In this document: in pieces, positions 28,490 to 39,353 of the stretch
How the letters are laid out: each line of letters begins with the position of its first letter
Numbering within the stretch: position 1 is the stretch's first letter
From: Candidatus Omnitrophota bacterium
GTDB lineage: Bacteria > Ratteibacteria > UBA8468 > B48-G9 > JAFGKM01
Assembly: GCA_023819375.1 (NCBI GenBank)
Contig: JAMWDI010000001.1
Location: 4,696-68,695 of the forward strand
Length of the DNA stretch: 64,000 nt
Reading direction: 5' to 3'
The notes under the pieces: generated by a model
What the model was told of the DNA's origin: nothing
Databases searched by the model: none
Seen by the model: only the letters and a program-made list of their open reading frames with translations
Translations under genes and position numbers: made by a program

Positions 28490-29418
28490 ATACTAAAAAT
28501 ATTTGTAAAATTACTTGTTCTCCACATATACATAGTTCAGAAACTGTAGGAAAAATAATGTTTTATGTGATAATTTCTTTACTTCCTGCTCTTTTTGGTA
28601 GTATCTATTTTTTTGGAATTTATGTTTTAGAAATTATTTTTGTTTCAATAATTTCCTGTGTCTTAAGCGAACTTTTATTTCAAATTCTAATGAAAAAGGA
28701 AATAAGAATTTATGATGGAAGTGCTATTGTTACAGGTATTCTTCTGGCTTTTGTATTACCTCCAAGAATTCCATTATGGATGGTTGCAATTGGTGGATTT
28801 CTTGCAATCTTTCTCGTTAAGGAACTTTTTGGGGGAATTGGATTTAATATATTTAACCCTGCTTTAACTGCAAGAGCAATTTTACTTGCATCCTATCCAG
28901 TTGAAATGACGAAATTTATAAAACCTTTTGATTATAATATAGATGCAATAACCAGTGCAACTCCTTTATTTATTATAAAAGAAAAAATTAATGAACAACT
29001 TCCAACCTTATGGCAAATGTTTTTAGGCAGTAGATCTGGATGTATAGGAGAAACTAGTACTCTTTTATTACTAATTGGAGGGCTTTTTTTACTTTCAAAA
29101 AAAGTAATAACATGGCACATTCCTTTCTCTTATATTTTAACAGTAGCAATTTTGTCATTTATTTTCAGAGAAAATGTCTGGTATCAAATAATGGGAGGAG
29201 GTCTTATACTTGGCGCTTTCTTTATGGCAACAGACTATGTAACATCTCCAATAACTAGAAAGGGCAAAATTATATTTGGAATTGGTTGTGGAATGATAAC
29301 ATTTTTAATAAGAAAATGGGGTGGTTATCCTGAAGGTGTTTGTTATTCAATTCTCTTTATGAATTCATTAGTTCCTTTAATTAATAAGTACACATTACCT
29401 AAAAAATTTGGAAAATAA
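28486..29418 (+). CDS. rnfD: Rnf complex subunit D
   Basis: SPHIH, FGGIGFNIFNPA, DAITSATPL (FMN site), GCIGETS and FMATDYVTSP. Confidence 0.95.
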   Translation: MNTKNICKITCSPHIHSSETVGKIMFYVIISLLPALFGSIYFFGIYVLEIIFVSIISCVLSELLFQILMKKEIRIYDGSAIVTGILLAFVLPPRIPLWMVAIGGFLAIFLVKELFGGIGFNIFNPALTARAILLASYPVEMTKFIKPFDYNIDAITSATPLFIIKEKINEQLPTLWQMFLGSRSGCIGETSTLLLLIGGLFLLSKKVITWHIPFSYILTVAILSFIFRENVWYQIMGGGLILGAFFMATDYVTSPITRKGKIIFGIGCGMITFLIRKWGGYPEGVCYSILFMNSLVPLINKYTLPKKFGK

Positions 29419-29421
29419 AAA

Positions 29422-29961
29422 ATGAATAAAAAAGAGTTTTTTATTGGTATTGTAGTAATCACCTTTATCTGCGCTTTGTCAGGATATCTTCTTTCTTATA
29501 TTTACAAAATTACAATGCCAAGAATTGAAAAAATCAAAAAAATCAAAGAAAATAAAATCAACAAAGAAATTTTTCCAGAGGGTGTAAATTTTATAGAAAA
29601 AGAGATGGATGGTATTAAATACATTTCTGTTTTAAACTTGAATGATGAAGAAATAGGAAAAATATTTGAAGTAAAAACACTCGGATATGGCGGTTATATT
29701 TATCTAAAAGTAGGAATTGACAAAGATATGAAAATAAAAGGGATTAAGATTAAGGAACATTCTGAAACTCCCGGACTTGGTTCAAAAATAACAGAAAATA
29801 AATTTCTTGACCAGTTTACAGGGAAAACAAAAGATGATATATATTTAAAAAAAGATAATCCAAATGGGAAAATTGATGCAGTCACAGGTGCAACAATATC
29901 TTCTAGAAGTGTTGTTGAGAGTGTAAGGAAATTACTTGAAAAAATAAAGGAAGAAAAATGA
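29422..29961 (+). CDS. rnfG: Rnf complex subunit G
   Basis: N-terminal TM, GYGG, HSETPGLGS and DAVTGATISS (FMN site). Confidence 0.95.
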   Translation: MNKKEFFIGIVVITFICALSGYLLSYIYKITMPRIEKIKKIKENKINKEIFPEGVNFIEKEMDGIKYISVLNLNDEEIGKIFEVKTLGYGGYIYLKVGIDKDMKIKGIKIKEHSETPGLGSKITENKFLDQFTGKTKDDIYLKKDNPNGKIDAVTGATISSRSVVESVRKLLEKIKEEK

Positions 29962-30527
29962 AAATATGTGCTTTTTTAGGAAGTCCAAGAAAAACTGGAA
30001 ATACTTATTTAGTTTTAAAAATGATTGCTGAAAAATTAGAAAAAATGGGGCATGAAATTGAAATTATCTATCTTATTGATAAAAACATAAAAGGTTGCAT
30101 AGAATGCTTTCAGTGTCAGAAGGTTAAAAATAAACCAAACTGTTCTATAAAAGATGATATGCAAAATTTATATGAAAAAATTTTAAACTCTGACTGTATA
30201 CTTCTTGCAACTCCTGTGTTCTGTTGGTCTTTTTCGTGGCTTATAAAATCTTTCCTTGATAGAACTTATTGTCTTGATAAGTATAATGAAGATGGATCTT
30301 ATATTTCTCTTGTTGAAGGCAAAAAATGTGGTTTAATTTTGACTGCTGCTGGAGACGAATTTGAAGGTGCTGATCTTGTAGTTGAAAGTTATTTAAGAAT
30401 GGTTGAATATCATAGAATGATAGATATAGGAAGAGTTGTTGTTTGTAATGTATTGTCAACAAAGGATATTTTAGAAAACCCAGAGGTAGAAAGAAAAATA
30501 AAAAATTTCATAGATAATTTTAAATAA
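29958..30527 (+). CDS. Iron-sulfur flavoprotein (Isf)/NADPH-dependent FMN reductase family
   Basis: GSPRKTGNT, CIECFQC...CSIKDDM and LATPVF. Confidence 0.9.
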   Translation: MKICAFLGSPRKTGNTYLVLKMIAEKLEKMGHEIEIIYLIDKNIKGCIECFQCQKVKNKPNCSIKDDMQNLYEKILNSDCILLATPVFCWSFSWLIKSFLDRTYCLDKYNEDGSYISLVEGKKCGLILTAAGDEFEGADLVVESYLRMVEYHRMIDIGRVVVCNVLSTKDILENPEVERKIKNFIDNFK

Positions 30528-31136
30528 ATGAAAAAAATAATAGATTTTAAAGTTTTTTTAAATGGTATCTGGAAAGAAAATCCCATCCTTTTTATAATGC
30601 TTGGGCTTTGTCCTGTTCTTGCTGTAAGTGGTTCAGTAAAAGATGCTCTTGGTATGGGAATTGCTGTAATTTTTGTTTTAACTGGTTCAAATTTTGTAAT
30701 TTCTTTAATAAGAAAAATTGTTCCATCTCACGTTAGAATCCCTGTTTTTATAGTTGTAATTGCAACATTTGTAACAATAACTGATTATACAATTGCTGCT
30801 TTTTTTCCTCAGATTCATAAAAATCTTGGAGTTTATCTCCCACTAATAGTTGTCAACTGTATAATCCTTGGACGGGCAGAAGGATTTGCTTCAAAAAATA
30901 ATGTTTTTAATTCTATTCTTGATGGACTTGGAATGGGCTTAGGATTTACATTAATAATTTTTGTAATATCTTCTTTTAGAGAAATTCTCGGCAATGGAAC
31001 ATTTATGGGGAAACCCATCTTAGGGAGCAATTATAATCCTTTTTTAATTATGATAATGCCACCAGGAGCATTTTTAGTTATAGGGCTTTTAATTGCTTTA
31101 AAACAAAAAATTGAAAAGAGGAAGAAAATATGTTAA
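30528..31136 (+). CDS. rnfE: Rnf complex subunit E
   Basis: ENP...LGLCPVLAV, PLIVVNCIILGRAE, REILGNG and PPGAF. Confidence 0.95.
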   Translation: MKKIIDFKVFLNGIWKENPILFIMLGLCPVLAVSGSVKDALGMGIAVIFVLTGSNFVISLIRKIVPSHVRIPVFIVVIATFVTITDYTIAAFFPQIHKNLGVYLPLIVVNCIILGRAEGFASKNNVFNSILDGLGMGLGFTLIIFVISSFREILGNGTFMGKPILGSNYNPFLIMIMPPGAFLVIGLLIALKQKIEKRKKIC

Positions 31137-31720
31137 ATGAAGCAAATTTATTTTTCATTTTTCTTTCTGCTTTTCTTATAAATAACATCTTACTTATAAG
31201 ATTTCTTGGATTATGCTCATTCATAGGAATTTCAACAAATATAAAATCTTCTGTTGGAATGGGAATTGCAGTTGTTTTTGTTACAGTTATGGCTTGCAGT
31301 ATAAGTTGGGCTGTCTATCATTTTTTACTTATACCATTTAAACTTGAATATTTAAGAACAACAACATTTATTCTAACGATTGCCTCTTTTGTTCAATTTG
31401 AGGAAATGATTATAAGGAAAAAATTGCCGACTTTATATCGTGCTTTTGGAATTTATTTACCTTTAATTACAACTAATTGTGCAATTTTGGCTAGTGCTTT
31501 TCTTGGCATTGATTATAAACTTTCATTTATTCAAAATCTTATTTTTTCACTTGGTGTTTCAGGAGGATACTGCTTTGTTATAATTGTTTTTTCGGCAATA
31601 AGAGAAGAACTTGAAATTGCACCAATTCCAGAAAATTTTAAAGGGGTCCCTATAGCTTTTATTCTTGCAGCACTTATGAGTTTAGCATTTCTTGGTTTTA
31701 AAGGACTTTTCAAACTTTAA
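31130..31720 (+). CDS. rnfA: Rnf complex subunit A
   Basis: NNILLIRFLGLC, GIYLPLITTNCA and LMSLAFLGF. Confidence 0.95.
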   Translation: MLNEANLFFIFLSAFLINNILLIRFLGLCSFIGISTNIKSSVGMGIAVVFVTVMACSISWAVYHFLLIPFKLEYLRTTTFILTIASFVQFEEMIIRKKLPTLYRAFGIYLPLITTNCAILASAFLGIDYKLSFIQNLIFSLGVSGGYCFVIIVFSAIREELEIAPIPENFKGVPIAFILAALMSLAFLGFKGLFKL

Positions 31721-32862
31721 TGATTTTTACATTTCCAATTAGAGATGAGTATGGTGTTAAAAAGTTTCCAATAGTAGTTACTTTAATAATCTTTGTAAAT
31801 TGTTTAATTTATTTTCTCTTTGGATTTTCCCCTCATTACGAAGAAATTGTTTCTAATTTTGGATTTATTCCAGAAAAATTTTCTTTCAAAAATATAATAA
31901 CTTCAATGTTTCTGCATGGAGGAATTTCTCATCTTTTCTTTAATATGTGGTATTTGTGGCTTTTAGGTGATAACATTGAGGATAGATGGGGAAAATTTCA
32001 ATTTTTTATTTTTTATTTACTTTCTGGTATTTTTGCTTCTCTTTTATATTATGAATTAATACCGGCAAAATACAGAAATATCCCTGTAATTGGAGCATCA
32101 GGAGCAATTGCAGGAGTTCTTGGTGCATATGCCATTTTATTTCCGAAAAGTAGAATAACTTTCAAATATTTTATATGGTTAATATATATCAAATTTGGGG
32201 AATTTGAAATATATGCATCTGTCTGGTTATTTTTCTGGTTTTTACTTCAAGCAATCAATACTTTCCTTGTTTCTATATATAAGGTTCAATCACAAGTTGC
32301 CTATGCTTCCCATTTTGGAGGATTTTTATTTGGGTTAATAATTGGTTTAGGAACAAAACTCTATAGAGAGGTAAAATACAGAGAAAACGTAAAACTTGGA
32401 GAAAACATGCTTTTAAGACTACTTGAAGCAGAGAAAAAGGAAATAGTATACGATTCAGAAAAAAACTTAGAAATTGAAAAATTAAAAGAAAAAATTAAAA
32501 GTTTAATATATGAAGACAGATATTTTGCAACACAGATATATAAAAATGGGCTTGCAAAGTATCCTGAATTATGTCTTCCTGAAAAGTATCAATATGAAAT
32601 TGCAGAATCTCTTTACAGACAAGGAGATTTTAAAAATGCTTTAATTGCCTATAAAAATTTTATTTTAAATTATCCTTTAAGTAAACTTGCTGATAACGCG
32701 CTTTTATCTTTTGGAAAGATCTGTTTAGATTTAGGAGAATATGAAAAAGCAAAAATGGCTTTTTTACAGATAATACTTTTTTATCCTTTTAGTGATGTTT
32801 ATGAAGAAAGCAAATTCTATCTTGAAAAGAAATTGCCGGATCTTTTGAGAAAAAATTTATAG
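31720..32862 (+). CDS. Rhomboid intramembrane serine protease with C-terminal TPR domain
   Basis: TSMFLHGGISHLFFNM, IGASGA and AYASHFGG; TPR-like C-terminus (YPLSKLADNALL). Confidence 0.9.
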   Translation: MIFTFPIRDEYGVKKFPIVVTLIIFVNCLIYFLFGFSPHYEEIVSNFGFIPEKFSFKNIITSMFLHGGISHLFFNMWYLWLLGDNIEDRWGKFQFFIFYLLSGIFASLLYYELIPAKYRNIPVIGASGAIAGVLGAYAILFPKSRITFKYFIWLIYIKFGEFEIYASVWLFFWFLLQAINTFLVSIYKVQSQVAYASHFGGFLFGLIIGLGTKLYREVKYRENVKLGENMLLRLLEAEKKEIVYDSEKNLEIEKLKEKIKSLIYEDRYFATQIYKNGLAKYPELCLPEKYQYEIAESLYRQGDFKNALIAYKNFILNYPLSKLADNALLSFGKICLDLGEYEKAKMAFLQIILFYPFSDVYEESKFYLEKKLPDLLRKNL

Positions 32863-32863
32863 A

Positions 32864-34687
32864 TTATCTCCAAATTATTGAAAATGCAAATAAATTCTTA
32901 CCTTCTGCTGAAACAACTAATTCGCCATCCGGAAGGGAGAAAAGAAAAGAAATTTTTTCCTTTAAAAGATATTTCCACAAACTCTTTTTATCATACGAAA
33001 GAAAATAAAGATAATTGCCTTTTTTCCCAGAAATCAAATTTAATATTTCAGGTTTAAAAACAGAAAAATTAATTTCTTCATCACTTTTAAAATTCTTTAT
33101 TTCATTTCCTGATAAATCAAAAAGATAAATTTTCCCTTTTTCTGTTTCTACACAAACAAAATCTTTTTCATTTTTTACATTTACTATTTTTTCTCTCAAT
33201 TCTTTTTGCCAATTTAAATTCCCATCATCTTTATAACAATATAATGTCCCATTTTGAGTTCCTGCAAAAACAAAACGTGAGTTTTCAGTAATATAAATAG
33301 CAGAAATAAAATCTGGTAATTCAATCTCCCAGAAAGTTTCTCCATTTCTATCAATAAAATACAAAGTTTTATCTACTCCAGAAATTAGAAATCTTCCATT
33401 TTCTGAAATTGAAATCCCTCTGCCCAAATTTCCTGTTTTTTTAATCCAGAGAATTTTCCCACTTTTTGATAAAAAATATAATTTACCCTCAAGTGTAAAG
33501 AAGGCTAAATATTCCCCTTCCTGAGAAATTGCTACATTTACTATTTTCTCTGACATTTTTAAATTTTTCAATACTCTTCCTCTTTTATCCAGTAAATATA
33601 AAGAACCTGTCTCACACCCTATTAAAATTTTTTCTCCATTTTGAGAAATTTTCAAATCTGTAATTAAGCCATCTGCTTCATAACTCCATAAAAACTTTGT
33701 CTCAGGTAAATATAAATCTGGAGAAATATCAAGCCCTTGAAAGTTTAATACAAATCTTTTAATTAAATTCGGAACATATTTTATATCTTCTGTTTTATAT
33801 TCATAATGTTCAAACCAACTTTTTTTATCAATAGAAAAAACATCAACATTAAGAATATAAGAATCAATTACTTTACTTAAAGCAGGTTTTAAAACATAAT
33901 CAGCATTTAATATTTTCCCAACAATTACAAGTTCTTTATCTTCTATATTTTTTTCCTCATAATTCTCTTCCCTTAAAACTCTTTCAAAATCATTTCTTGA
34001 AATCACAACTAAATTTTTGATATTTTTTATTTCATTTAAAAATAAGTTAAAAAATTCTGTTTGAATTGCAGATGGAATTTCAATAAATATGGGAAACAAA
34101 ACCACAACTCTATTTTTTTTCAATAAAATATTCAATCTTTTAACTCTACTTTCAATAAATTTTAAAGTGTAATTTTCGCCCCAATAGTTTTTATTTTCAA
34201 TAAACTTTCCAATTTCATTATACAGATTTATCGCTTGGGTATACATCCCTTCTTTTTCATAAATTTCAGCAAGTTTAACATAATAGGTAGCATCAGGGAT
34301 GACACATTTACTTATATACATCTCAAAATATTTTATTGCCTCTTTATTATACCCATAGTCTAAACAGAAATCCCCAATAATTCTATATATAAAAGCAACT
34401 GGTGTAGCATATTTTAAATATTTCAAACTTTCTTTATCTTTCGGCCACCCAAAAGGCCAATTAGTAGGAGTAAATGGCTCACATTTTTCAGTTTTTTCTT
34501 TCGCTTTTCTTAAATATAAATCTGCAGTTTTAATATCGCCTTTATCAGAAAATTGATTTGCAATACTAATATACTTCCAGACCTCTTTTAAAAAAACTAC
34601 TTCAAGGTTTTTATTTCTTTCAAACCATCCTGCTGCGAAACATTTAAAAACAATAAATAAATAAAATACAAAAAACTTCTTTTTCAT
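32864..34687 (-). CDS. Secreted TPR + CsgG/TolB-N-like + beta-propeller protein
   Basis: Signal peptide; TPR-like helices; VISRNDFERVLRE...GKILNADYV; repeated W...IS.NG propeller blades. Confidence 0.75.
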   Translation of the reverse strand: MKKKFFVFYLFIVFKCFAAGWFERNKNLEVVFLKEVWKYISIANQFSDKGDIKTADLYLRKAKEKTEKCEPFTPTNWPFGWPKDKESLKYLKYATPVAFIYRIIGDFCLDYGYNKEAIKYFEMYISKCVIPDATYYVKLAEIYEKEGMYTQAINLYNEIGKFIENKNYWGENYTLKFIESRVKRLNILLKKNRVVVLFPIFIEIPSAIQTEFFNLFLNEIKNIKNLVVISRNDFERVLREENYEEKNIEDKELVIVGKILNADYVLKPALSKVIDSYILNVDVFSIDKKSWFEHYEYKTEDIKYVPNLIKRFVLNFQGLDISPDLYLPETKFLWSYEADGLITDLKISQNGEKILIGCETGSLYLLDKRGRVLKNLKMSEKIVNVAISQEGEYLAFFTLEGKLYFLSKSGKILWIKKTGNLGRGISISENGRFLISGVDKTLYFIDRNGETFWEIELPDFISAIYITENSRFVFAGTQNGTLYCYKDDGNLNWQKELREKIVNVKNEKDFVCVETEKGKIYLFDLSGNEIKNFKSDEEINFSVFKPEILNLISGKKGNYLYFLSYDKKSLWKYLLKEKISFLFSLPDGELVVSAEGKNLFAFSIIWR

Positions 34688-37314
34688 GGTTTCTCCTTAA
34701 AAACAAAATTCCCGAATTGCTCAGGAATATCTATCCTTCCAGTCCAAGTAGATGTCAAATATCTGTCAATTTCTCTTTGAAAGTTTATACTTATTACTGT
34801 ATCTTTTTCTATCTTTTCAAGTTTTAAATCTTTCAAAGGAATAGCAACTTCAGCAATCCATTTTCTTGTAGTTCCTGGAGATAATACATTTGTTGAAACT
34901 TTCCATTCTGAATTCCAATATCTTTCAGGATCTTCATTTTTATAAAATTTCCAGACATAACAATATTTAATATCACAAAGAGGATGAAAAACAAACTGAT
35001 ACCACTCATTAAAAGAATTTTTAGGATTAATAGAAATAGTTATGAAATCTCTTGTATCATAATCTATAAAGTTCTTTGATGGATTTTCACAAATGAAAAA
35101 GAAATAAATATTGTCCTTATCATAAACACTTGCAACTTTTGTTTGAATATCAAGAGGAACTTTTTCATCTTCAATTTTGATAAATTCATTAATTTCTTCT
35201 ATTTTTCTCCAAATTTCTTCATTATCCTTGCCATCTACTTCTATTGGGGATTCTGTTTTAAAAGAATAAATAGTTTTCAATTTAATTTCTTGAATCCCTA
35301 TTTTACTTCTATATATTTCCTCTCTAATAATAGGAATTTTTGATTTCAAAAAAGAAGGAATTTTAGGATCCTGCAAATAATAGTTTGCCAATGTTTTAAT
35401 CGGTTCAACATTTGTTTCTGACAATCTAACAAGAAATTCTAATCCACTTTCATTTCCCATTTTAGTAAGGCCGTAAGCACTAATTAATTTAATATCAAGT
35501 TCACCCTCTATAAGTTTTTTAAGCAAAATATAGGAGTACTGTATTTTATTTAAGTAAACAAGTGATTCAATTGCGATTTTCTGAAATTCCGGATTTTCAC
35601 TATCAACATTCCTTAGGATAATGTCTAAACCATAATCTTTCCCCATTTTGGCGAGAGCATTTGCACATAACAATTGATATTCACTGTCAGAATGTTTTAA
35701 ACCTTCTTTTAATATTGGTATTGAACTTTTATCTTTTATTTCTCCAAGAATTGCAACACATAATTTTTTGATATCCAAATCAGAAACTCTCATTGTTTCT
35801 TTTATATCTTTTGCAAAAATTCTAATTGGATTTTCCTTTAAAATAGATAAAACACCCTCTTTTACTTGTGGATATTTGCTATAAATCATTTTTAGAAATA
35901 ATCTATTTGCTTCTTTGCTACCAACGATATTTTCGACTTTCTTCATTACAAAATTCCTTTCATCTTCTCTAACACTATCCACTTTTTTAATAAGTTCATC
36001 AACTATTTTTTTCAAAAATTTTGAACTTTTTATCCTTATGTTTTTATCAGGATCATTTTTTTCCATATAAACAAGATTTTTAAGATAATGATCATCAAAC
36101 TTATCAAGATAAAAAAATCCTTCCATCGCAGAAATTCTCAATTCTCTATTTGAATCTTTCAAATATTTTTTAAGTATGTTTTTAACTTTCTCCATATCGG
36201 ATTGTCCAATCTTACCGAGTTCAATGAGACATAATTTTTTAAATTCAATTTCAGAATTTTTATCCTCAATATATTTTTCAAAAATTGGAATAAAAATGGG
36301 ATCTTTTATTTTCTCAATCAAATTTATTGCTTCTTCTCTTACCCTTAAGGATTTATCTGATAAACACTTAACTACTTTCTGATAAGTAATTGGATTTTTA
36401 AATTTTTCAATAGCCCATAGAGAATAAATTTTAACCATTTCATTTTCATCTTCTAATCCTTTTAATAGTCCCTCTAATCCTGCTTCATCTTTTAACCTTA
36501 CAATTGTTTTTATCGCTTCAATTTTTACCTTTACCGATGCTTCACCTAATAAACCTTCAATTTCTTCAATATTTGAACTCTTAAATTTTTCAAGAACCCA
36601 TAATGCTTTTATTTTAACCTCATCACTTTCATCACCAAGTAATTCAACAAGATAAGGAATACATCTTCTATCATTTGCACTTTCAAATAAGGATATAGTT
36701 AACAATTTAATATTTTCTTTTCCTTTAAAACAATCAAAAAGAGATTTCAAATTTTCTTCTTTTAGCAATTTGAAATTATTTCTTGCAGGTATTTTCCACA
36801 TCAACCTTCTTAAAGAAATTAAAATTGCTTCTTTCACTTTTTGATTTTCATCTTCAAGATGTTCAATTAAACTTTCCACTGTATTTTCATCTCCAAATTT
36901 ACCAATACCTATTGCCCCATAATATCTAACTTGCCAGTATGGATCATCAAGTGCACTTATTAATTCTCCGAGTATATCTTCATCTCCATATTTTACAAGT
37001 CCTTTAACTCCATATAATCTAACCTGCCAATATGTATCTTCTAATGCTTTTTTAAAATAATCTATACAGGTAGAATCCCCAATTTCATATAAAACATAAG
37101 AAGCCAAACTTCTAACTTCTTCATCTTCATCTTCAAGAAGTAAAGCAATTTCATTCAAAAAAACTTTATTTTTTGACTGCAAAACTTTTTGTAAAAATTC
37201 AATCTTTTTTGATTTTGTTCCAAATGAGATAGTAGATGAACTTTCACTTAGTAAAAATAAAGAAAATAAAGAATAAAGAAAAATAATTTTTTTTATTTCA
37301 TTCATTTTTTTCAT
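34684..37314 (-). CDS. Secreted HEAT/PBS-lyase repeat protein with C-terminal CBM9-like domain
   Basis: Repeats such as LEDEDEEVR, LEDTYWQVR and LDDPYWQVR. C-terminal PIEVDG...W...YDKDNIYF...WIAEVAIPLKDL...PEQFG. Confidence 0.85.
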   Translation of the reverse strand: MKKMNEIKKIIFLYSLFSLFLLSESSSTISFGTKSKKIEFLQKVLQSKNKVFLNEIALLLEDEDEEVRSLASYVLYEIGDSTCIDYFKKALEDTYWQVRLYGVKGLVKYGDEDILGELISALDDPYWQVRYYGAIGIGKFGDENTVESLIEHLEDENQKVKEAILISLRRLMWKIPARNNFKLLKEENLKSLFDCFKGKENIKLLTISLFESANDRRCIPYLVELLGDESDEVKIKALWVLEKFKSSNIEEIEGLLGEASVKVKIEAIKTIVRLKDEAGLEGLLKGLEDENEMVKIYSLWAIEKFKNPITYQKVVKCLSDKSLRVREEAINLIEKIKDPIFIPIFEKYIEDKNSEIEFKKLCLIELGKIGQSDMEKVKNILKKYLKDSNRELRISAMEGFFYLDKFDDHYLKNLVYMEKNDPDKNIRIKSSKFLKKIVDELIKKVDSVREDERNFVMKKVENIVGSKEANRLFLKMIYSKYPQVKEGVLSILKENPIRIFAKDIKETMRVSDLDIKKLCVAILGEIKDKSSIPILKEGLKHSDSEYQLLCANALAKMGKDYGLDIILRNVDSENPEFQKIAIESLVYLNKIQYSYILLKKLIEGELDIKLISAYGLTKMGNESGLEFLVRLSETNVEPIKTLANYYLQDPKIPSFLKSKIPIIREEIYRSKIGIQEIKLKTIYSFKTESPIEVDGKDNEEIWRKIEEINEFIKIEDEKVPLDIQTKVASVYDKDNIYFFFICENPSKNFIDYDTRDFITISINPKNSFNEWYQFVFHPLCDIKYCYVWKFYKNEDPERYWNSEWKVSTNVLSPGTTRKWIAEVAIPLKDLKLEKIEKDTVISINFQREIDRYLTSTWTGRIDIPEQFGNFVFKEKP

Positions 37315-37978
37315 AGTAATATTTTGGAAATCCTATATCAACAACCCTGATTTTTCCTGTATATTTTGGCCCTTCATTAATAAAAAAACCTTTTTTTAAA
37401 AAACCCATACTTATTGTCAAATTACTTTTTACACAAATCCCATGAATCTCTCCTGTATTTGCATCAAGCCCGGAAGGAATATCTAACGAAATTATAAAAA
37501 ATGCTTTTTTATTTATAAATTCAATTATCTCTTTCATTTTCCCTTTTATCTCCTCTTTAACACCAATCCCTAACATTGCATCAACAACAATATCATTTTT
37601 TTTAAATTTAAAATCATTAAATTTTAAACTATTTATTGAATGAATGTCAACTTTTAATTTTCTTAAAATATCAAAATTCAAAAAAGAAATTTCTGTAAAT
37701 TCTTCTGGCAGGCCAAAGTAATAAATTCTTACATTCACATTATTGTTAAATAAATACCTACCAAGAACAAAACCATCTCCACCATTATTACCCTTTCCAC
37801 AGAAAATGAAGAATCTTTTGTTTTTCAAACTTTTTATCTCATTTTTAATTACATAAAAACTTTCTCTCCCAGCATTTTCCATAAGAATAAGAGGGCTAAT
37901 GCCAAATTTTTCAAATGTTTCTTTCTCAATTTTATAAATTTCCTCTTTTGTCAAAATCAACTTTCTCATTTTATTCAA
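37298..37978 (-). CDS. nnrE: NAD(P)H-hydrate epimerase
   Basis: LMENAG, CGKGNNGGDG, VDAMLGIG, DIPSG and VDIG. Confidence 0.95.
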   Translation of the reverse strand: MNKMRKLILTKEEIYKIEKETFEKFGISPLILMENAGRESFYVIKNEIKSLKNKRFFIFCGKGNNGGDGFVLGRYLFNNNVNVRIYYFGLPEEFTEISFLNFDILRKLKVDIHSINSLKFNDFKFKKNDIVVDAMLGIGVKEEIKGKMKEIIEFINKKAFFIISLDIPSGLDANTGEIHGICVKSNLTISMGFLKKGFFINEGPKYTGKIRVVDIGFPKYYYEKNE

Positions 37979-39353
37979 GCCTTTTTAAAAAATCCTTTGC
38001 CACTTTATCAACAGGGCCTGCTCCGATAGTTAATATTATATCTCCTTTCTTTTTTATTTCACATAAATATTCAACAATTTCTTTAAAGGTTGGCAAATAA
38101 ATCCCTTCTTTTCCATTTTTTCTAATTTTTTCAACAAGAATTTCTGAATTAACAAGTTTTTTTTCAATTAAAGAATCTCTGACAAAGTAAATATCAGGAA
38201 CTATAATTTTATCAGCAAGTGAAAAAGAACTGGCAAACTCTCTTAAAAGAAATCTTGTCCTGCTATATTGATGTGGCTGAAAAACTACAATTAATCTTCT
38301 CCCTGGAAAAACCTTTCTTATACATTCTAATGTTACTTTTATTTCTGTTGGATGATGTCCATAGTCATCAATTACAGTAATCCCATTTTTTTCACCTAAA
38401 ATTTCACATCTCCTATGAACTCCTTTAAAATTTTCAATTCCTTCTTTTATTTCCTTCCAAGTTAAATCAAGATAAATACCAACACCAATTGTAGCAAGAG
38501 AATTTAAAACATTATGCCTGCCCCATAAATTCATTTCAATTTTACCAAGTTTTTTATTTTTATAATAACATTCAAACCGGGTTTTTCTTCCTATTATATC
38601 AAAATTAACTCCTCTTATATCACCACAAGTAAAGCCATAGGAAATTTTTTTAACCTTAATTTTTTCAGCAATTTCATTTAAATTTTTATCTTCACCACAA
38701 AAAACTAAAATTCCATCTGATTTTATATTTTCAGCAAAGTGATAAAATGCTTTTTTTATATCGTTAATATCTTTATAATAATCAAGATGGTCTTTTTCTA
38801 TATTTGTAATTATAGCAATTTCAGGGAAATAATTTAAAAAAGATCTTTTATATTCACACGCTTCAACGATAAAAAAATCTCCATTTCCAACTCCCGAATT
38901 CCCAAGATTAACAATTTCTCCCCCTATAATGAATGTTGGAGAAAATTTTAAAGTATAAAGTAAATTTACTATTAAGGCAGATGTTGTTGTTTTCCCATGT
39001 GTTCCAGCAACTGCAACTCCTCTTTTTTCTTTCATTAATTCTCCCACTGCCTCTGGGTAACTTAAAATCGGAATGTTTAATTCTTTCGCTTTTTTATATT
39101 CAGGATTATCAGGTAGAATTGCTTGAGAATGAATAACAAGATCAATATCTTTATCTATATTTTCCTCTTTTTGCTTTAAATAGATTCTTATACCAAGTTT
39201 TTTAAGTTTTTTGATTATTTGAGAAGATTTATTATCAGAACCACTCACTTTTTTCCCAAGATAAATAAGTATTTTAGCAAGTCCACTTACTCCTATCCCG
39301 CCAATACCTATTAAATGAACTTTTTTTGCTTTTTCAATTATCCCTTTTTTCAT
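37971..39353 (-). CDS. murC: UDP-N-acetylmuramate--L-alanine ligase
   Basis: HLIGIGGIGVSGLA, AGTHGKTTT, DDYGHHPTEI, FQPHQYSRT and GAG. Confidence 0.96.
   Translation of the reverse strand: MKKGIIEKAKKVHLIGIGGIGVSGLAKILIYLGKKVSGSDNKSSQIIKKLKKLGIRIYLKQKEENIDKDIDLVIHSQAILPDNPEYKKAKELNIPILSYPEAVGELMKEKRGVAVAGTHGKTTTSALIVNLLYTLKFSPTFIIGGEIVNLGNSGVGNGDFFIVEACEYKRSFLNYFPEIAIITNIEKDHLDYYKDINDIKKAFYHFAENIKSDGILVFCGEDKNLNEIAEKIKVKKISYGFTCGDIRGVNFDIIGRKTRFECYYKNKKLGKIEMNLWGRHNVLNSLATIGVGIYLDLTWKEIKEGIENFKGVHRRCEILGEKNGITVIDDYGHHPTEIKVTLECIRKVFPGRRLIVVFQPHQYSRTRFLLREFASSFSLADKIIVPDIYFVRDSLIEKKLVNSEILVEKIRKNGKEGIYLPTFKEIVEYLCEIKKKGDIILTIGAGPVDKVAKDFLKRLE

Noticed and set aside
19431-37978. Separate nnrD and nnrE genes, and the short EF-Ts at 44735
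   Set aside because: Both are well-known variants.
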